From Chrysomallon squamiferum (Eukaryota; Animalia; Mollusca), in NCBI GenBank assembly GCA_012295275.1, contig CM022677.1:21886001-21950000 (forward strand): a stretch of 64,000 nucleotides of DNA, given 5' to 3'. The position numbers were made by a program, and so were the translations under genes. Below, piece after piece: positions 53,607 through 64,000 of the stretch. Each line of letters starts with the position of its first letter. Position 1 is the first letter of the stretch. The notes beneath the pieces are model-generated. The model was given only the letters and a program-made list of their open reading frames with translations, did not search any database and was not told where the DNA came from.

Positions 53607-53658
53607 ATGAAACTCGCTGTACACATCCTCCTCTTTTTTGTGACGTCATTTTGGCAAG
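53607..53658 (+). CDS. Probable first coding exon (signal peptide MKLAVHILLFFVTSFWQ-G) of a secreted or membrane protein; remainder not found before the gap
   Basis: Kozak-like AAGATGA, basic residue followed by a hydrophobic core, phase-1 donor CAAG|GTACGT, and upstream TATA and CpG island. Confidence 0.6.
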
Positions 53659-53690
53659 GTACGTTTATACAATGTGTTTGTTTTGTTGTA

Positions 53691-53746
<56 letters not shown>

Positions 53747-54465
53747 GTGGGGTTTTTTGAAATATCGCTGAGGAAAAAATTTCGTAAATGTTTTTAAAAT
53801 AATAATTATCATATGATACGAAACCGACTAGTTTTTTTTTATTGTACATTTATAATGTTATTTAGGAAAATTATAAATTTTTATGAGAGAGAGAGAGAGA
53901 TCTGCAATCTCGCTCTATCTATCTATCTATCTATCTATCAATCTAGCATTTAAATTTTAGAATTTGGCTAAATATTTTTTAAATGCGACAAAACTGAATG
54001 GACAGACAAATACACGGATGTTTGTACGTTCGTTTTTATTAGCATGGATAAACGGACAGGATAAAACGGACGGAGGTATGGCCTGAGTTAACGAATAATT
54101 TATATAAGTAAATGAAGGCTGAAAGAAAGAAAGAAAGAAAGAAATAAAGAAAGAATTAAAAGTTCTAAAAATGTTCAGTCATCTTTTTTAGTATTTATTT
54201 ATTTATTTATTTTGGTTTCATTAATTTTTCTAATATATTTAAATAGATTTCCATTTTAATGATAAAAAATATTTATATATATTTAAATAGATTTCCATTT
54301 TAATGATAAAAAATGCTGTCAAAGATAATTTTAAACAAACATAAAAAAAATACAGCAGAGATAAGGAAATATAAAAACAAAAAAAGAAAATGATATAAGA
54401 AAGAAATTTAAAAAGATGATTTCAACTTTATTCTTTATTTTAATAATAACTAATTCTGTCATGAT

Positions 54466-54564
<99 letters not shown>

Positions 54565-56080
54565 TTAAAATATTATTTTTTATTTTTGTATTACCTCTTC
54601 AAAACCATATATGTTTTGCTCGACATTGGGGTTTTTTTTTCGTCTTTTTTCGTTAAGTGTGCACGTGTGTGTGAGTTTTTCATTATTTTTTTCATTGCAT
54701 TTGCAGCCCACACAAAAACACTGAAATAAACCAAGCAATTAGTTAAAGACGATAATCATGTTACATTAGCAAACCAAAAGAAAAATATTAAACGACTGCC
54801 TAAACGAAACATTTTTGAAACTTGTGGACCACTTCTGGCTCTTTAGCAGTTCAGTTTATTATTAAATCAACTCTGACAGAAAACAAATGTTATTTTGAAA
54901 GAGAAAACAGAAATTTAAAAATTTATAATAATTAATCCTTTGTGAACGATGATTTCTTTTTTTACTTTTTTCATTTTTTTTTTTTTTTTTTTGCCACGAA
55001 ATAACAAGCCTGGATCAATAAACCACGAAAGTTTTCTGACAAAATAATTATTTAAATTATTTACAATTGACTTTATCGTTAATTTTAAACGGTTTTGAAG
55101 AAAAAAAACTATGGGGAAAGAAAGCAAGAAAGATACAAAAAAAAAAAAAAAAAAAAAATGCCAGTTATACGAGATTAAACGATGATAGCCGAAGATAGCT
55201 GTAAAATAACCGAAAATAATCGAATAAAACGTTTTCATTTTACGGAGAATGTTTCTTTCTTTCTTTATTTCTTTCTTTCTTTGACTGTTTTCTAACTTAC
55301 GTATTTATTCTGATTAATTTAGGTGTTAATTCGCTAACTTATTTACATATTTACATATTTTCTTAAATCAGTTAAATACTTGATCACAACTATAAACAAT
55401 TATTTGCGAGTCAGAATATCATAAATATCATCGTAAACGTAATTTTTACGTAATAATTACTTAACGCAATGACAACTGAACGACGTCACAATAGTTATGA
55501 CGTTTTTAAAATGTCGAGGTCCGCTCAACAGTGGGTGTTAGTTTCAGGGTATGTAAGTATGTTAGATTGAGAAAAAAAAGCTTCATCTAACTGAACATTG
55601 AAGGTATCTATTCAGCGCATGCGTAGCCTCGTTTTCATTGTGTTGGGAATGTCAGAAAGTTTCAGCTTATTCAAAATCAAGTTATTTTCATGTCTTCGTC
55701 AACACAGATTATAACCTACATTTTCATTCCATTCCTCTTTTTCATTTTCATCGTTTTACTTATTATTATCCCAGTATTATCCTAGTAATAGTAGTGGTTT
55801 TAGAAGTAGTAGTAGCAGTAATAGTTGTAGTAGCAATAGCAGTAATAGCAGTAATAATACTAATAATCATCATCATCATTATCATTATTATATCATTCTT
55901 AATATTATTATTATTATTATTATACACTATTGTATTATATTATTTAATTATTCATTCATTTATTCATTCGTTCGTTCGTTCATTTTTTATTTTATTATAA
56001 TTTTATTAATTTCTTATTTTGGATTTTCTGGTTATCCCAAAATTTGGTAAGTTTACAAAACTGTTGGTTTACTCCAGAAT

Positions 56081-56280
56081 NNNNNNNNNNNNNNNNNNNN
56101 NNNNNNNNNNNNNNNNNNNNNNNNNNNNNNNNNNNNNNNNNNNNNNNNNNNNNNNNNNNNNNNNNNNNNNNNNNNNNNNNNNNNNNNNNNNNNNNNNNNN
56201 NNNNNNNNNNNNNNNNNNNNNNNNNNNNNNNNNNNNNNNNNNNNNNNNNNNNNNNNNNNNNNNNNNNNNNNNNNNNNNNN
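56081..56280. other. Assembly gap (200 N)
   Basis: Run of N. Confidence 1.

Positions 56281-64000
<7,720 letters not shown>

Overview
AT-rich, microsatellite-dense animal genomic DNA with spliceosomal GT-AG introns. The composition and gene style suggest an invertebrate, possibly a mollusc or other lophotrochozoan (inference). Most entries in the ORF track are simple-repeat artefacts. Supported content: (1) two single-coding-exon GT11 alpha-1,2-fucosyltransferase (FUT1/FUT2-like) paralogs in tail-to-tail orientation (6112-7326 +, 9490-10875 -), with patchwork nucleotide identity suggestive of gene conversion; (2) an ankyrin-repeat gene with two coding exons (24106-28376 +, about 477 aa), whose disordered tail carries six in-frame TGACGTCA palindromes; (3) a complete class I GLUT/Glut1-like sugar transporter with 11 coding exons (39579-46187 +, about 514 aa) and two internal duplications of a splice acceptor plus exon 5' end; (4) a probable signal-peptide first exon of a secreted or membrane protein (53607-53658 +); (5) a 200-N gap followed by a second copy of about 43472-51497, most likely an uncollapsed haplotype. 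There are also minisatellites, a 200-bp inverted repeat pair and RFX, CRE and CTCF-like motifs. No prokaryotic-type system such as CRISPR is evident. All coordinates were read by eye.
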